Both the position numbers and the translations under genes were made by a program. From Alphaproteobacteria bacterium (GTDB taxonomy: Bacteria > Pseudomonadota > Alphaproteobacteria > MPNO01 > UBA830), in assembly GCA_965243135.1 (NCBI GenBank), contig OZ251539.1, positions 1,088,001-1,152,000 of the forward strand: 64,000 nucleotides of DNA, given 5' to 3'. The notes under the pieces are model-generated. The model did no database searches. It was not told the origin of the DNA and worked only from the letters and a program-made list of their open reading frames with translations. Numbering within the stretch: position 1 is the stretch's first letter; every line of letters starts with the position of its first letter. Positions 8,989 to 17,762 of the stretch are shown one piece after another.

Positions 8989-10239
8989 ATGCCTTTCATC
9001 CGAAGTCTCGGTTTGCGGGGCCTGTTGTCCTTCCCGCCCGATATGGAGCCATTCGAGCTCCGGCCGCTGAACGTGTTGATTGGCCCCAACGGGTCCGGCA
9101 AGACGAACCTCATCGAGGCGTTCGAGTTATTGCGCGCGCTGACGACGGATTTCGCCGCGGCGATTTGTGCGGGCGGAGGTGTCGCGGAATGGCTGTGGAA
9201 GGGCGACAACCCGGCGAAAGCAGCGACGGTGGATGTTGAAACCGGAGGCGCCGCGCCGTCGAGCGGCCGGCCGCTGCATTATCGCCTTGAATTCGCTTCG
9301 TCGAACAACCGAGTCGAGGTGCTCGACGAAGAGATTAGTGAGGCTCCCTTCGTTGCCGGCGAGGGGCGTTCGGATTTCTACTACCGTTTCCATCGGGGAA
9401 ACCCGATTATCGGTGTTTCCAGGAAAACCGGGGTAACGAATCTCCCTATCGAGGAGCTTAGCCACATAAGCTCCATCGATGATCAAACTCGAACGCGCGA
9501 GAGCGTCGAAATGCAGATTTCCAAAGATAATCTATCGCCCGATCAATCTATTTTCGCACAGATCAGAGATCCGAATTGGTACCCGGAATTGGCGAGTTTA
9601 AACGACGTCTTTGGAAGGATTAAGACCTTTCGCGGCTGGATTTTCGGCGCCAACTGCGAGGCGCGTCTGCCTCAACGCGCCGATGATCCGCCTGACGAGC
9701 TTTTGTCGAATGCCCGGAATCTTTCGCTTGTGTTGAACGAGATCCGGCATCGTGACTCCCAGAACCTCGATGGCGCGATCAGGCGTTTTCTGCCTCGCTA
9801 CGAGCGCACTTCGACCCGCATCGTCGGCAATACTGTGCAGCTTTTTCTTCATGAACGGGGTTTAAGTGACCCTATCCCGACCACGCGCCTTTCCGACGGA
9901 ACGTTGCGGTTTCTGGCCATTCTCGCCGCTCTGCTCGCGCCGACTCCGCCGTCGCTGCTATGCCTTGAGGAACCCGAGCTCGGAATGCATCCTGATGCTG
10001 TAGCCCTTCTGGCCAAACTTCTTGTGGAAGCGTCTAGCCGGATGCAACTCGTCGTCGCGACCCACTCCGATGCGCTGCTTTCGGCGTTAACCGACCGGAT
10101 CGGTTCGGTTCTGGTCTGCGAGAACAACGGAAACGGCACGATGCTGGAGCGCCTTGACGCCGAAAGGCTCGCTCACTGGTTGGACGAGTACCGATTGGGC
10201 GATCTGTGGCGTATGGGCGAGTTGGGGGGCAATCCGTGA
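8989..10239 (+). CDS. ABC-type AAA_21/AAA_15 ATPase (defence-associated)
   Basis: LIGPNGSGKTN, LSDGTLRFL, LCLEEPELGMHP, VATHS; purine-rich RBS before ATG 8989. Confidence 0.9.
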   Translation: MPFIRSLGLRGLLSFPPDMEPFELRPLNVLIGPNGSGKTNLIEAFELLRALTTDFAAAICAGGGVAEWLWKGDNPAKAATVDVETGGAAPSSGRPLHYRLEFASSNNRVEVLDEEISEAPFVAGEGRSDFYYRFHRGNPIIGVSRKTGVTNLPIEELSHISSIDDQTRTRESVEMQISKDNLSPDQSIFAQIRDPNWYPELASLNDVFGRIKTFRGWIFGANCEARLPQRADDPPDELLSNARNLSLVLNEIRHRDSQNLDGAIRRFLPRYERTSTRIVGNTVQLFLHERGLSDPIPTTRLSDGTLRFLAILAALLAPTPPSLLCLEEPELGMHPDAVALLAKLLVEASSRMQLVVATHSDALLSALTDRIGSVLVCENNGNGTMLERLDAERLAHWLDEYRLGDLWRMGELGGNP

Positions 10240-10289
10240 ACGCCGTCACGATCCATGCGGGCGACCATGTCGCGGACCGGGGCAATACG

Positions 10290-10611
10290 ACGAACGAGCG
10301 CCTCGCCCTCCGCTTCCGTACAACCGGAAATCATTGCGTTCTGGTTCTCGACGGCGCCGACTGGAACAAAAGCGAGAAGATCCCAGAAAACATAACTCTT
10401 CTGCTGTCCTACGGGCCGGAGCTGAGGAGAATATCGCACTTGAAACAAAGTCGTTTCGCGAACCATACGTTCAAGGAGGTTGCGGAGGTTCGCGACGCTT
10501 GTCAGAAAGGTTGGCTATGTGATTTTCCTGCCGACATAGCTTCTATCGTGAACCGGGATTAAGCTACTATAACGCCCGCCAAACAAGTCATTTAATATCA
10601 GGTTTGGTATT
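10290..10611 (+). mobile_element. IS630-family transposase C-terminal remnant and probable right end
   Basis: HCVLVLDGADW...IPENITLLL.YGPEL...FANHTF...VRDAC; ends GGTTTGGTATTA. Confidence 0.7.
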
Positions 10612-10666
10612 ATGCCCGCGCTTTCAAGGAAGCCGTGCGGGCGCGAGCGGAGGAAGGAGCGGTTCC

Positions 10667-13414
10667 ATGACTTTCCTGCGGCGGGCCACGGACAAATGGC
10701 GCGACGAAATCCCTGGCGTACGCTGGTTCAGGGCCGACCTTCAGGTGCATGCCGCCGCAGACCGCTCGGGAAACGACTCGCGATTGCGCGAGGCCCCGTC
10801 CGGCGGACTGGCGCATTACGAAGATCTGGTGCAATACGCGAGAGTCTTTCTGCGCGCCCTGATCGACCGCGGCATACAGGTCGTCGGTTTGACGCCTCCT
10901 TTGCTGTGTTCCGCCGACGATTGTGAAACCGGCGCGGTGTGGAGCGTTGTGGACGAATGGAATGCTGGAATCGACGAGGATGGAGAACCCTATCGCGACA
11001 AGATCTATGCGGTGTTTCCTGGCTTTCAGCCGTCGTTCCGCGATGGCGAGCGCGGTCTGGAACTTCTCTTCTTGTTCGATCCCGAGATCGGGCGGGAAAG
11101 ATACCTGAACGCTTTTCAGTTGCTCATGGGCGGAATGCCGCCTCGTCGAAATTACGAGTCGCCCGGTAAAACCTTCAGGGACATCTTGGGTAATCTACGG
11201 GATTTTTGGACGGCCGAAAACCGGATCGAGGGCGGCGAACATGCCGTCTGGGACTATCTCGTCCTGGCTCCTCACGTTGAATCCAAAACGGGATTGCTCC
11301 GCGTCGATCGGGCGGAGGAATTGCTTCCGGAGATAAGCGGGCTGCAACTTGGCGACGACCGGATGCCGGAAGATGCGCTGCGGAGTTTCCCCTGGCTTGA
11401 GGAAAGCATGGAACGCTGCCGACAAGGGTTCTTCCATGCGAGCGGCGCCTGCGATCCGGAAAATATCGGCCGCCGATACGCCTGGGCTAAGCTCGCGAGT
11501 CCGCGCGTCGAGGCGCTGCGCCAGGCGTTTGTCGCGAGCGATTCGCGGATGCGTATCGGTTTCGGTAAGGATGGCGTATCCGTCCGGGAGACTGATGGAA
11601 CGCCGGACGTCGCCCTGAACGGACGCCCTTGGCTGAAGGAAATCAGGGTCCGGGGAGGCGCCTCGTTCTTCGGAGGAAAGGAAGGCGGCGAGCTTCGGGA
11701 GACCCGATTTCGGCTCAGTCCCGACTTTACTTGCGTCGTCGGCGGGAGCATGACCGGCAAGAGCGCCTTTCTCGACGGGTTGCGCATCCATGCAGGCGCT
11801 CCTCTCCCTGATGACGACGCGATCCGGGAACAGGTCGAAGCGCGGGGCAAGCTCGTTTTCGGGGCTGGCTTCCCGGATGTCGCGGTGGAGTGCCCGGGCG
11901 CAGATCCCGCGGCTTCGTTCGGCGAGCAATGGCCAGCGCAGTTTTTTTCGCAGAACGAATTGCAGCGTCTCTCGCAAGACCGCGCGGCGGTCGAAGAGAT
12001 ACTTGCGCGGCTGCTTCCGTCGGAAACCGCGAAAATCGCGGATCGCGCAGAAAGGCTTCGGAACTTCGACGAGCGGCTTGTCGAGGTCGCCCGGAACATG
12101 GACAAGCTCGACGATCAGCTCGAGGACGCGGAACAAGCCTGCGACCGCGCAAGAAACGCGAGGCGGGAGCTGGATGCCTTCTCCGGAACCGGCGTCGAGA
12201 GTTTGCACCGCATGGGGCGCGAACGGCGGCTTTGGACCGAATTGCGGCAGTCCGCCGAAGAAATTCGGCAATCCATCCGGGACGCGGCGGAATCTGCCAA
12301 CGTGTTCAAGGTTCCGCAGGTCGGCGAATCGTTGGCGGCGATCCTGAAGGAAGCCGATGTGGACAAACTGACGGCCGGAGGTCGGTGGAGGCGGATCGCG
12401 GATGGTCTCGGCAAGGCCGAACGCGAAGCGCAAGACTGGGGCGTTATGGCCGCCGCGGCGGTCGAAGCCTTGACCGATAGCGAAGTCGAGCTTCGCGCGG
12501 AAGTCGAAAAATCTCTGGCCGAACGCGGCTTCGATGCCGCAAGACTGGAGGAAATCCAGGATCTCAACCGGCGCTCGTCTCTGCTTCCGAGTTACGAGGC
12601 GAACTGCGAGCAGGTCAGGAAGCGCAGAACGGAAAACGAGGGCCTTTTCGTTCGTCTTCTGCAGGAGCGCCGAGCTCTTGTCGAGGAGCAACGCGACGCT
12701 TTCCAGCGCGTGGTCTCGGCGATCGAGGAAGAGTTTCGGGCATGGATTCGAGTGCGTCGCATGGATGATCGCGACCGCCGGCCTCTCGATAGGTTTTTCG
12801 AAGATCTGCGGCAAAGGGGAATCATGCGATGGTGGGACGGGTTGCCGCAGGAGGAAAAACCTTCGCCCGAGGCGCTGATCCGGAATCTCGAAGCGCGTTC
12901 CCTGCGAAAAGTCGGAATGAGCGAGACGGTCGAGGAAAAGTTTCATGAGTGCGTCACCCGGTCTCTGAAACGGAAACTGGCGGCGCTGCGATGTCCCGAC
13001 CGTTACGAGCTGGAACTGCGGATGCCCGATGGATCCTATCGGCGTCTCGACCGACTGTCCGGCGGACAAAGGGTTAGCGTGCTGCTTTCCCTGCTGTTGG
13101 AAACCGGCGATGATCGACCTCTCGTGATCGATCAACCGGAAGACGAGCTCGATAAGCGCTTCCTCCTCGACACGGTTTTGCCCGCGTTAAAGAGGTTGAA
13201 GGGACGGCGGCAAGTTATCGTCGCGACTCACGACGCCAGCATCGTCGTCAACGGAGATGCAGATATGGTGATCGAGCTCGAGGCCACCGCCTATAAGGGC
13301 AGGGTAGTGAGCAACGGCGCCATCGAGGAGCCGGCCGTTCGCGACGCGGTCGTTCGCGCCGTGGACGGCGGCGAGGAGGCTTTTCGTCTTCGGAGGCGCA
13401 AGTACGGTTTCTGA
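10667..13414 (+). CDS. PHP-like domain plus SMC/ABC-type ATPase (TrlF/Ppl-like)
   Basis: N-terminal RWFRADLQVH; Walker A GGSMTGKS; long coiled coil; LSGGQR, LVIDQPEDELD, VATHD; ends VDGGEEAFRLRRRKYGF. Confidence 0.85.
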   Translation: MTFLRRATDKWRDEIPGVRWFRADLQVHAAADRSGNDSRLREAPSGGLAHYEDLVQYARVFLRALIDRGIQVVGLTPPLLCSADDCETGAVWSVVDEWNAGIDEDGEPYRDKIYAVFPGFQPSFRDGERGLELLFLFDPEIGRERYLNAFQLLMGGMPPRRNYESPGKTFRDILGNLRDFWTAENRIEGGEHAVWDYLVLAPHVESKTGLLRVDRAEELLPEISGLQLGDDRMPEDALRSFPWLEESMERCRQGFFHASGACDPENIGRRYAWAKLASPRVEALRQAFVASDSRMRIGFGKDGVSVRETDGTPDVALNGRPWLKEIRVRGGASFFGGKEGGELRETRFRLSPDFTCVVGGSMTGKSAFLDGLRIHAGAPLPDDDAIREQVEARGKLVFGAGFPDVAVECPGADPAASFGEQWPAQFFSQNELQRLSQDRAAVEEILARLLPSETAKIADRAERLRNFDERLVEVARNMDKLDDQLEDAEQACDRARNARRELDAFSGTGVESLHRMGRERRLWTELRQSAEEIRQSIRDAAESANVFKVPQVGESLAAILKEADVDKLTAGGRWRRIADGLGKAEREAQDWGVMAAAAVEALTDSEVELRAEVEKSLAERGFDAARLEEIQDLNRRSSLLPSYEANCEQVRKRRTENEGLFVRLLQERRALVEEQRDAFQRVVSAIEEEFRAWIRVRRMDDRDRRPLDRFFEDLRQRGIMRWWDGLPQEEKPSPEALIRNLEARSLRKVGMSETVEEKFHECVTRSLKRKLAALRCPDRYELELRMPDGSYRRLDRLSGGQRVSVLLSLLLETGDDRPLVIDQPEDELDKRFLLDTVLPALKRLKGRRQVIVATHDASIVVNGDADMVIELEATAYKGRVVSNGAIEEPAVRDAVVRAVDGGEEAFRLRRRKYGF

Positions 13415-13422
13415 GATACAGC

Positions 13423-14622
13423 ATGGAATGGGTCGACATAACGCGGCGCATCGAGGCCGGAGAAGACGAGCGAACCGAATTCAAGCGCGAACTCGGAAAT
13501 CTGTCGGCCGTCGGCAAGGCGATGTGCGCGTTCGCGAACGGGGGCGGAGGCGTCATCGTTCTGGGAGTCGACGACTCGGGAACGATCACGGGAATAGACG
13601 AGGATCCGAATCGCGTGCAGGAAAGGTTGACGAGTTTTTTGCTGACCGGTTGCAGCGGCCCGATATCGGCACGCTGCGGTCGGTACCTGGAGGAAGGTCG
13701 CTGGATCCATTGGATCGAGGTTCCCCCCATTCGCGGTTTCGAACCCCTTCGTTACGGTAAGCGGTACTACGTCAGACTTGCTCGCGGCAGCGTGGAAGCC
13801 GCGCCCCACGAGCGGCAGGAACTCTTCAATGCCTTTGGTTTCGTGTTGACTGAGCAGCAGATAATTGCCGCTGCAAGTATCGACGACATTGATGTTCATG
13901 CTTTTCGTTCTTTTCAGGCGGAACAGGGACTTGTTTTGGACGAGGAGCCGCGACCGCCGTTCGACTTTGACTTGCGGAATGCGGGCGTTCTGCGCGAACG
14001 CGACGGGATGCAACATCCGACGCTGTACGGCCTGATGATTTTCGGCAAGGCCCCTCAGACGCATCCGCAGACCGGGAGTCTCTGGATTCAATGCAGCGCC
14101 TACGAGGGCGAAGACCGGGCCTCGTCGGTAATCCTCGCCGGCGACGCAAAGGGACGTCTGGACGAGCAGGTAAACCGGGCGCGCGGATGGATGGCGAGCT
14201 TGGGCCGAACCGAAACCTACGCGGGTATTTTTCGCGAGGACAGGCCGCTGATTCCCGACAACGTGCTTCGCGAGGCGCTTGTGAACGCCGTCGTTCACCG
14301 GGACTACGCTATCGTCGGCGCGAACGTACTGTTCGAGGTTTTTCGGGATCGGGTGGTCGTCACCAGCCCTGGAACCCTTCCCAATCACATGACGGTTGAA
14401 GAGGTTTTGCACGGCAGCCTTCCGCAGTCGCGCAACGAGTGGATGGCGAATGCCATGGTGGTCAGAAGCCTGATGGAGCGTCGCGGGCGGGGCTGGCCCA
14501 TGATGCGCCGGGAAATGCGGAAGTTCAATCGAACGGAACCCGAACTCGTTCATAGCCGGAACGGCAAGTACGTCAGGGTTACGTTTCGCACGAAACGAAG
14601 TTTTAAGGAAGGCGAAGAGTGA
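13423..14622 (+). CDS. Schlafen/AlbA_2 domain plus HATPase_c_4 (RecG C-terminal-like) protein
   Basis: GEDERTEFK, CAFANGGGGVIVLGVDD, REALVNAVVHRDY, SPGTLP, SRN, MERRGRG. Confidence 0.85.
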   Translation: MEWVDITRRIEAGEDERTEFKRELGNLSAVGKAMCAFANGGGGVIVLGVDDSGTITGIDEDPNRVQERLTSFLLTGCSGPISARCGRYLEEGRWIHWIEVPPIRGFEPLRYGKRYYVRLARGSVEAAPHERQELFNAFGFVLTEQQIIAAASIDDIDVHAFRSFQAEQGLVLDEEPRPPFDFDLRNAGVLRERDGMQHPTLYGLMIFGKAPQTHPQTGSLWIQCSAYEGEDRASSVILAGDAKGRLDEQVNRARGWMASLGRTETYAGIFREDRPLIPDNVLREALVNAVVHRDYAIVGANVLFEVFRDRVVVTSPGTLPNHMTVEEVLHGSLPQSRNEWMANAMVVRSLMERRGRGWPMMRREMRKFNRTEPELVHSRNGKYVRVTFRTKRSFKEGEE

Positions 14623-14662
14623 AATCGGCAGTGCGCGGAACCGGGCGTACCAGAGGGGGCCC

Positions 14663-14990
14663 GTGACTTCGGAGACGTTGATCGACGCGATCCGGGAGTC
14701 GATGTCCGCGAGCCTTCGCGGGTCGGATGGCGCGGAGCCGCCCGTCGCCCTTCTCTGGACCGACCTGGATGGCCAGTGGCGGCCGCTGATGCCGACGCTC
14801 ATGGAGTCGCTGCCGGAACTCTATTTGCTCGGCGACTGTGCGCCCGACGAGCCGCAAGGGCCGGTCTTACGCGCTCGGGCTCGACGTGGCGCGCGATGCT
14901 GCGGGCGTTGCGCGGCCGTCGGCTTGAGGCGGACAATTTCGACCGCCTGTCGATCGGCGATCCGATTCGCGACCCGTTGGGCTGGGTGAG
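14663..14990 (+). pseudogene. pglZ: BREX pglZ (type B-like) N-terminal remnant
   Basis: PPVALLWTDLDGQWRPLMP.L...LPELYLLGD..P...GP, then in another frame RAMLRAL..LEADNFDRL...DPIRD. Confidence 0.7.
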
Positions 14991-15019
14991 CGGCGTTCGA
15001 GCGAGCATGTGGTCGGGAC

Positions 15020-15447
15020 CGTTGGACTGCGTCTCGCGAGAGCGTGCGGCGAGCAGAACCTGTACGCGGGAGCGAAACAGTTGGTCGGCGACCGCAATCC
15101 GCGGGAGGACGAGTTCACGGTCCAGATGCGCCCGATGGACGCGGACAAGTCGGGCGAGGGGACTGGGCATGCCGGTGCTCGTCGCGTTGTGCGGCGCTCT
15201 CTTGGGCCGCAACACCCGCGGCGGCGCCATCGTCGCTGGAGCGCTCAACCTCGGCGGGTCGATCGAGCTGCTGCCGAACGCCCTGCAGGTTGCCGAACTC
15301 GCCGTCGACAAGCAGGCGCAAACCCTCTTGATGCCGGTATCGGCGCGTCGGCGACTCGACGATCTGCCCGACGAGTTGTGGACCAGAGTGAACATCGAGT
15401 TTTACAGGGACGGTCCGGACGGAGTTCTGAAGGCGCTTCTGGAGTGA
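15020..15447 (+). pseudogene. brxL: BREX brxL (Lon-like) C-terminal remnant
   Basis: EQNLYAGAKQLVGDRNPREDEFTVQMR, frameshift, then GLGMPVLVALC...GALNLGGSIE...LMPVSARRRLDDLPDE...IEFY. Confidence 0.75.
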
Positions 15448-15767
15448 TGCGCGCGGCGTCGACTCCGTGCGTTCGATTTCCCGGCGACCCGGGAGGCGGC
15501 CGGGCGACGCTCTCCGTCGCGGAAAGGGGTTGAAGGGTCGCCCGCCCGGACGCCGCCTCCGGAGACGAGTTCTCCGCGGTTTTCCGATCGATCGCGGCCC
15601 GCCCGCCGAAGCCGGAAAGGGCTTGCCGCTCCGCGTCCGAACGCCGATTGCGGCCCGTCTCGGGCGATCCGTTGCGAACCGGAGGTGTCCGGCGAAGCGC
15701 CGCCGGGCGACGACCGGCGGGAATTCGGGTATGGATAACCGGAATAGCCGGACAACAGGGAAAAATT

Positions 15768-16196
15768 ATGCCTGAAAACGTCGTTTCCAAAGATGCCTTG
15801 CAGGAGCGGATGAGCGCCAACCCGTTCAACAGCTGGATGGGAATGAAAATCGAGAGCCTGACCGAGACCGAGATAGAGGTCTCCGTCAGGTGGCGCGAGG
15901 AGATGATTTCCAATCCCGAGGCGCGCTACACTCACGGCGGCATCCTCGGCGCGATCGTCGATACCGTCGCGGACTACATGATCGCGGCGAAGGTTGGCTT
16001 GCCGGTGCCGACGGTCGACATGCGCATCGATTATCATCGCGCGGCCGCTCCCGGCGACCTCAGATGCACGGGTCGGATCGTCCGGCTCGGCGGCACGAAT
16101 TCCGTCGCCGAGGGATACGTCTACGATGCCGATGGCGCGTTGATCGCGAGCGGTCGGGGAACCTACTTCACGGCGGCCGCCCGGCCGCGGCGCTGA
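15768..16196 (+). CDS. PaaI-family thioesterase
   Basis: HGGILGAIVD, PTVDMRIDYHR hotdog motifs. Confidence 0.9.
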   Translation: MPENVVSKDALQERMSANPFNSWMGMKIESLTETEIEVSVRWREEMISNPEARYTHGGILGAIVDTVADYMIAAKVGLPVPTVDMRIDYHRAAAPGDLRCTGRIVRLGGTNSVAEGYVYDADGALIASGRGTYFTAAARPRR

Positions 16197-16201
16197 AAGG
16201 A

Positions 16202-17188
16202 ATGGCGCGTCTGCGGATCTCCGTGTGCACGGGCCCGTACGATCGCGTGCGCGCGCTCGCGGACGGGCGGGTCGGCATCGAGGGATGCGACGTCAACTAC
16301 CTCGCGATGAACCCCGAACAGGCGTTCTTCCGCGCCTGGAACAATCTCGAATTCGACGTCGCCGAGCTCTCCGCCTCCAGCTACGTCCTCGCGCGTTCGA
16401 TCGGATGGGACGAATACGTGGCCGTTCCCGTGTTCCCGTCGCGCATGTTCCGTCATTCCGGGATCTACGTCCGGAGCGGCGCGGGCATCGAGGGGCCGGA
16501 GGATCTGAAGGGCAGGGAAGTAGGCGTGCCCGTCTACGCGATGACCGCGGCGCTTTGGATAAGGGGCATTCTGCAGGACGACTACGGCGTCGCTCCGTCG
16601 GACGTTCACTGGCGCACGGGCGGGTTGGAGGAGCCCGGCCGCAAGCCCAAGTTCCCGCCGGCGCTGCCGCCCGAAATCAGGGTTTCGCCTGTTCCCGACG
16701 ACAAGACGTTGTCGGCGATGCTGGCCTCGGGGGAGATCGCCGCGCTGGTTTCGGCGCGGGCGCCGTCCTGCTTCGGGACGCGCGGCGTTTCGCGCCTGTT
16801 CCCGGATTTCCGCAAAGCCGAGCGGGATTGGTACGCCCGAACCGGACTGTTCCCGATCATGCATCTCCTGGCGATCAGAAAGCCGCTCGCCGACGAACAT
16901 CCCTGGTTGCCGGCGAGCGTGCTGAAGGCGTTCGTCGAAGCCAGGGATTCGTGCCTGAGGGAACTTGCGGACGTAACGGCGCTCGCCGCGACGGTGCCGT
17001 GGCTGGCGGCCGAACTGGCCGAGACGCGCGCGCTTATGGGAGACGACTTCTGGGCCTACGGATTCCGGGAGAACGTCGCGGAACTCGAGACGATGTGCCG
17101 ATGGTCGCATGCCCAGGGACTGGCGGCCAGGGAGATGAGGCCGGAAGAATTGTTCCACCCTGCGACGCTCGACAGGGCGCGGATCTGA
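16202..17188 (+). CDS. 4,5-dihydroxyphthalate decarboxylase-like / periplasmic-binding-fold protein
   Basis: YDRVRALADG, EFDVAELS, FPSRMFRHS, FPIMHL. Confidence 0.8.
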   Translation: MARLRISVCTGPYDRVRALADGRVGIEGCDVNYLAMNPEQAFFRAWNNLEFDVAELSASSYVLARSIGWDEYVAVPVFPSRMFRHSGIYVRSGAGIEGPEDLKGREVGVPVYAMTAALWIRGILQDDYGVAPSDVHWRTGGLEEPGRKPKFPPALPPEIRVSPVPDDKTLSAMLASGEIAALVSARAPSCFGTRGVSRLFPDFRKAERDWYARTGLFPIMHLLAIRKPLADEHPWLPASVLKAFVEARDSCLRELADVTALAATVPWLAAELAETRALMGDDFWAYGFRENVAELETMCRWSHAQGLAAREMRPEELFHPATLDRARI

Positions 17189-17264
17189 GCGGCGGCCCGC
17201 GCGGCGTTTCGCGGCCGACCGAATTGCCTTATGATTCGCCGAACGAGGACGAGAGTTTCATGGC

Positions 17265-17744
17265 ATGAGCATTGATCAAAGGGAGTTGCGCAACGCCTTC
17301 GGATGTTTCGCGACCGGAGTTACGATCGTTACGACCCTGGACAGGGACGGGGACCGGGTGGGAATCACCGCCAACTCCTTCACCTCCCTTTCTCTGGAGC
17401 CTCCGCTGGTGCTGTTTTGCGTCGGCTCGGCCATCAACAGCTTTCAGGCGTTCGAAAGTTGCCGCCATTTCAACGTCAACGTCCTGCGGGAGGACCAGAT
17501 GGATCTCTCCCGCAACTTCGCCCGGACGAGCGACGACAAGTGGCAGGACGTCGAACATGGATACGGCGAGAACGGCTGCCCTTCGTTCGGAGACGCCCTC
17601 GCCACGCTCGAATGCGACAAGCATGCGATGTACGAGGGCGGCGACCACCTGATCATGGTCGGGCGCGTCACTAGGCTGGTTTACGACAACGGAGACTGCC
17701 GTCCGCTGCTCTACTACAGGGGCGATTACGCCCGGCTTGACTGA
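17265..17744 (+). CDS. Flavin reductase
   Basis: FATGVTIVT, TANSFTSLSLEPPLV, GGDH, PLLYYRG. Confidence 0.92.
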   Translation: MSIDQRELRNAFGCFATGVTIVTTLDRDGDRVGITANSFTSLSLEPPLVLFCVGSAINSFQAFESCRHFNVNVLREDQMDLSRNFARTSDDKWQDVEHGYGENGCPSFGDALATLECDKHAMYEGGDHLIMVGRVTRLVYDNGDCRPLLYYRGDYARLD

Positions 17745-17762
17745 GCCGGGACGTTTTCTTCG

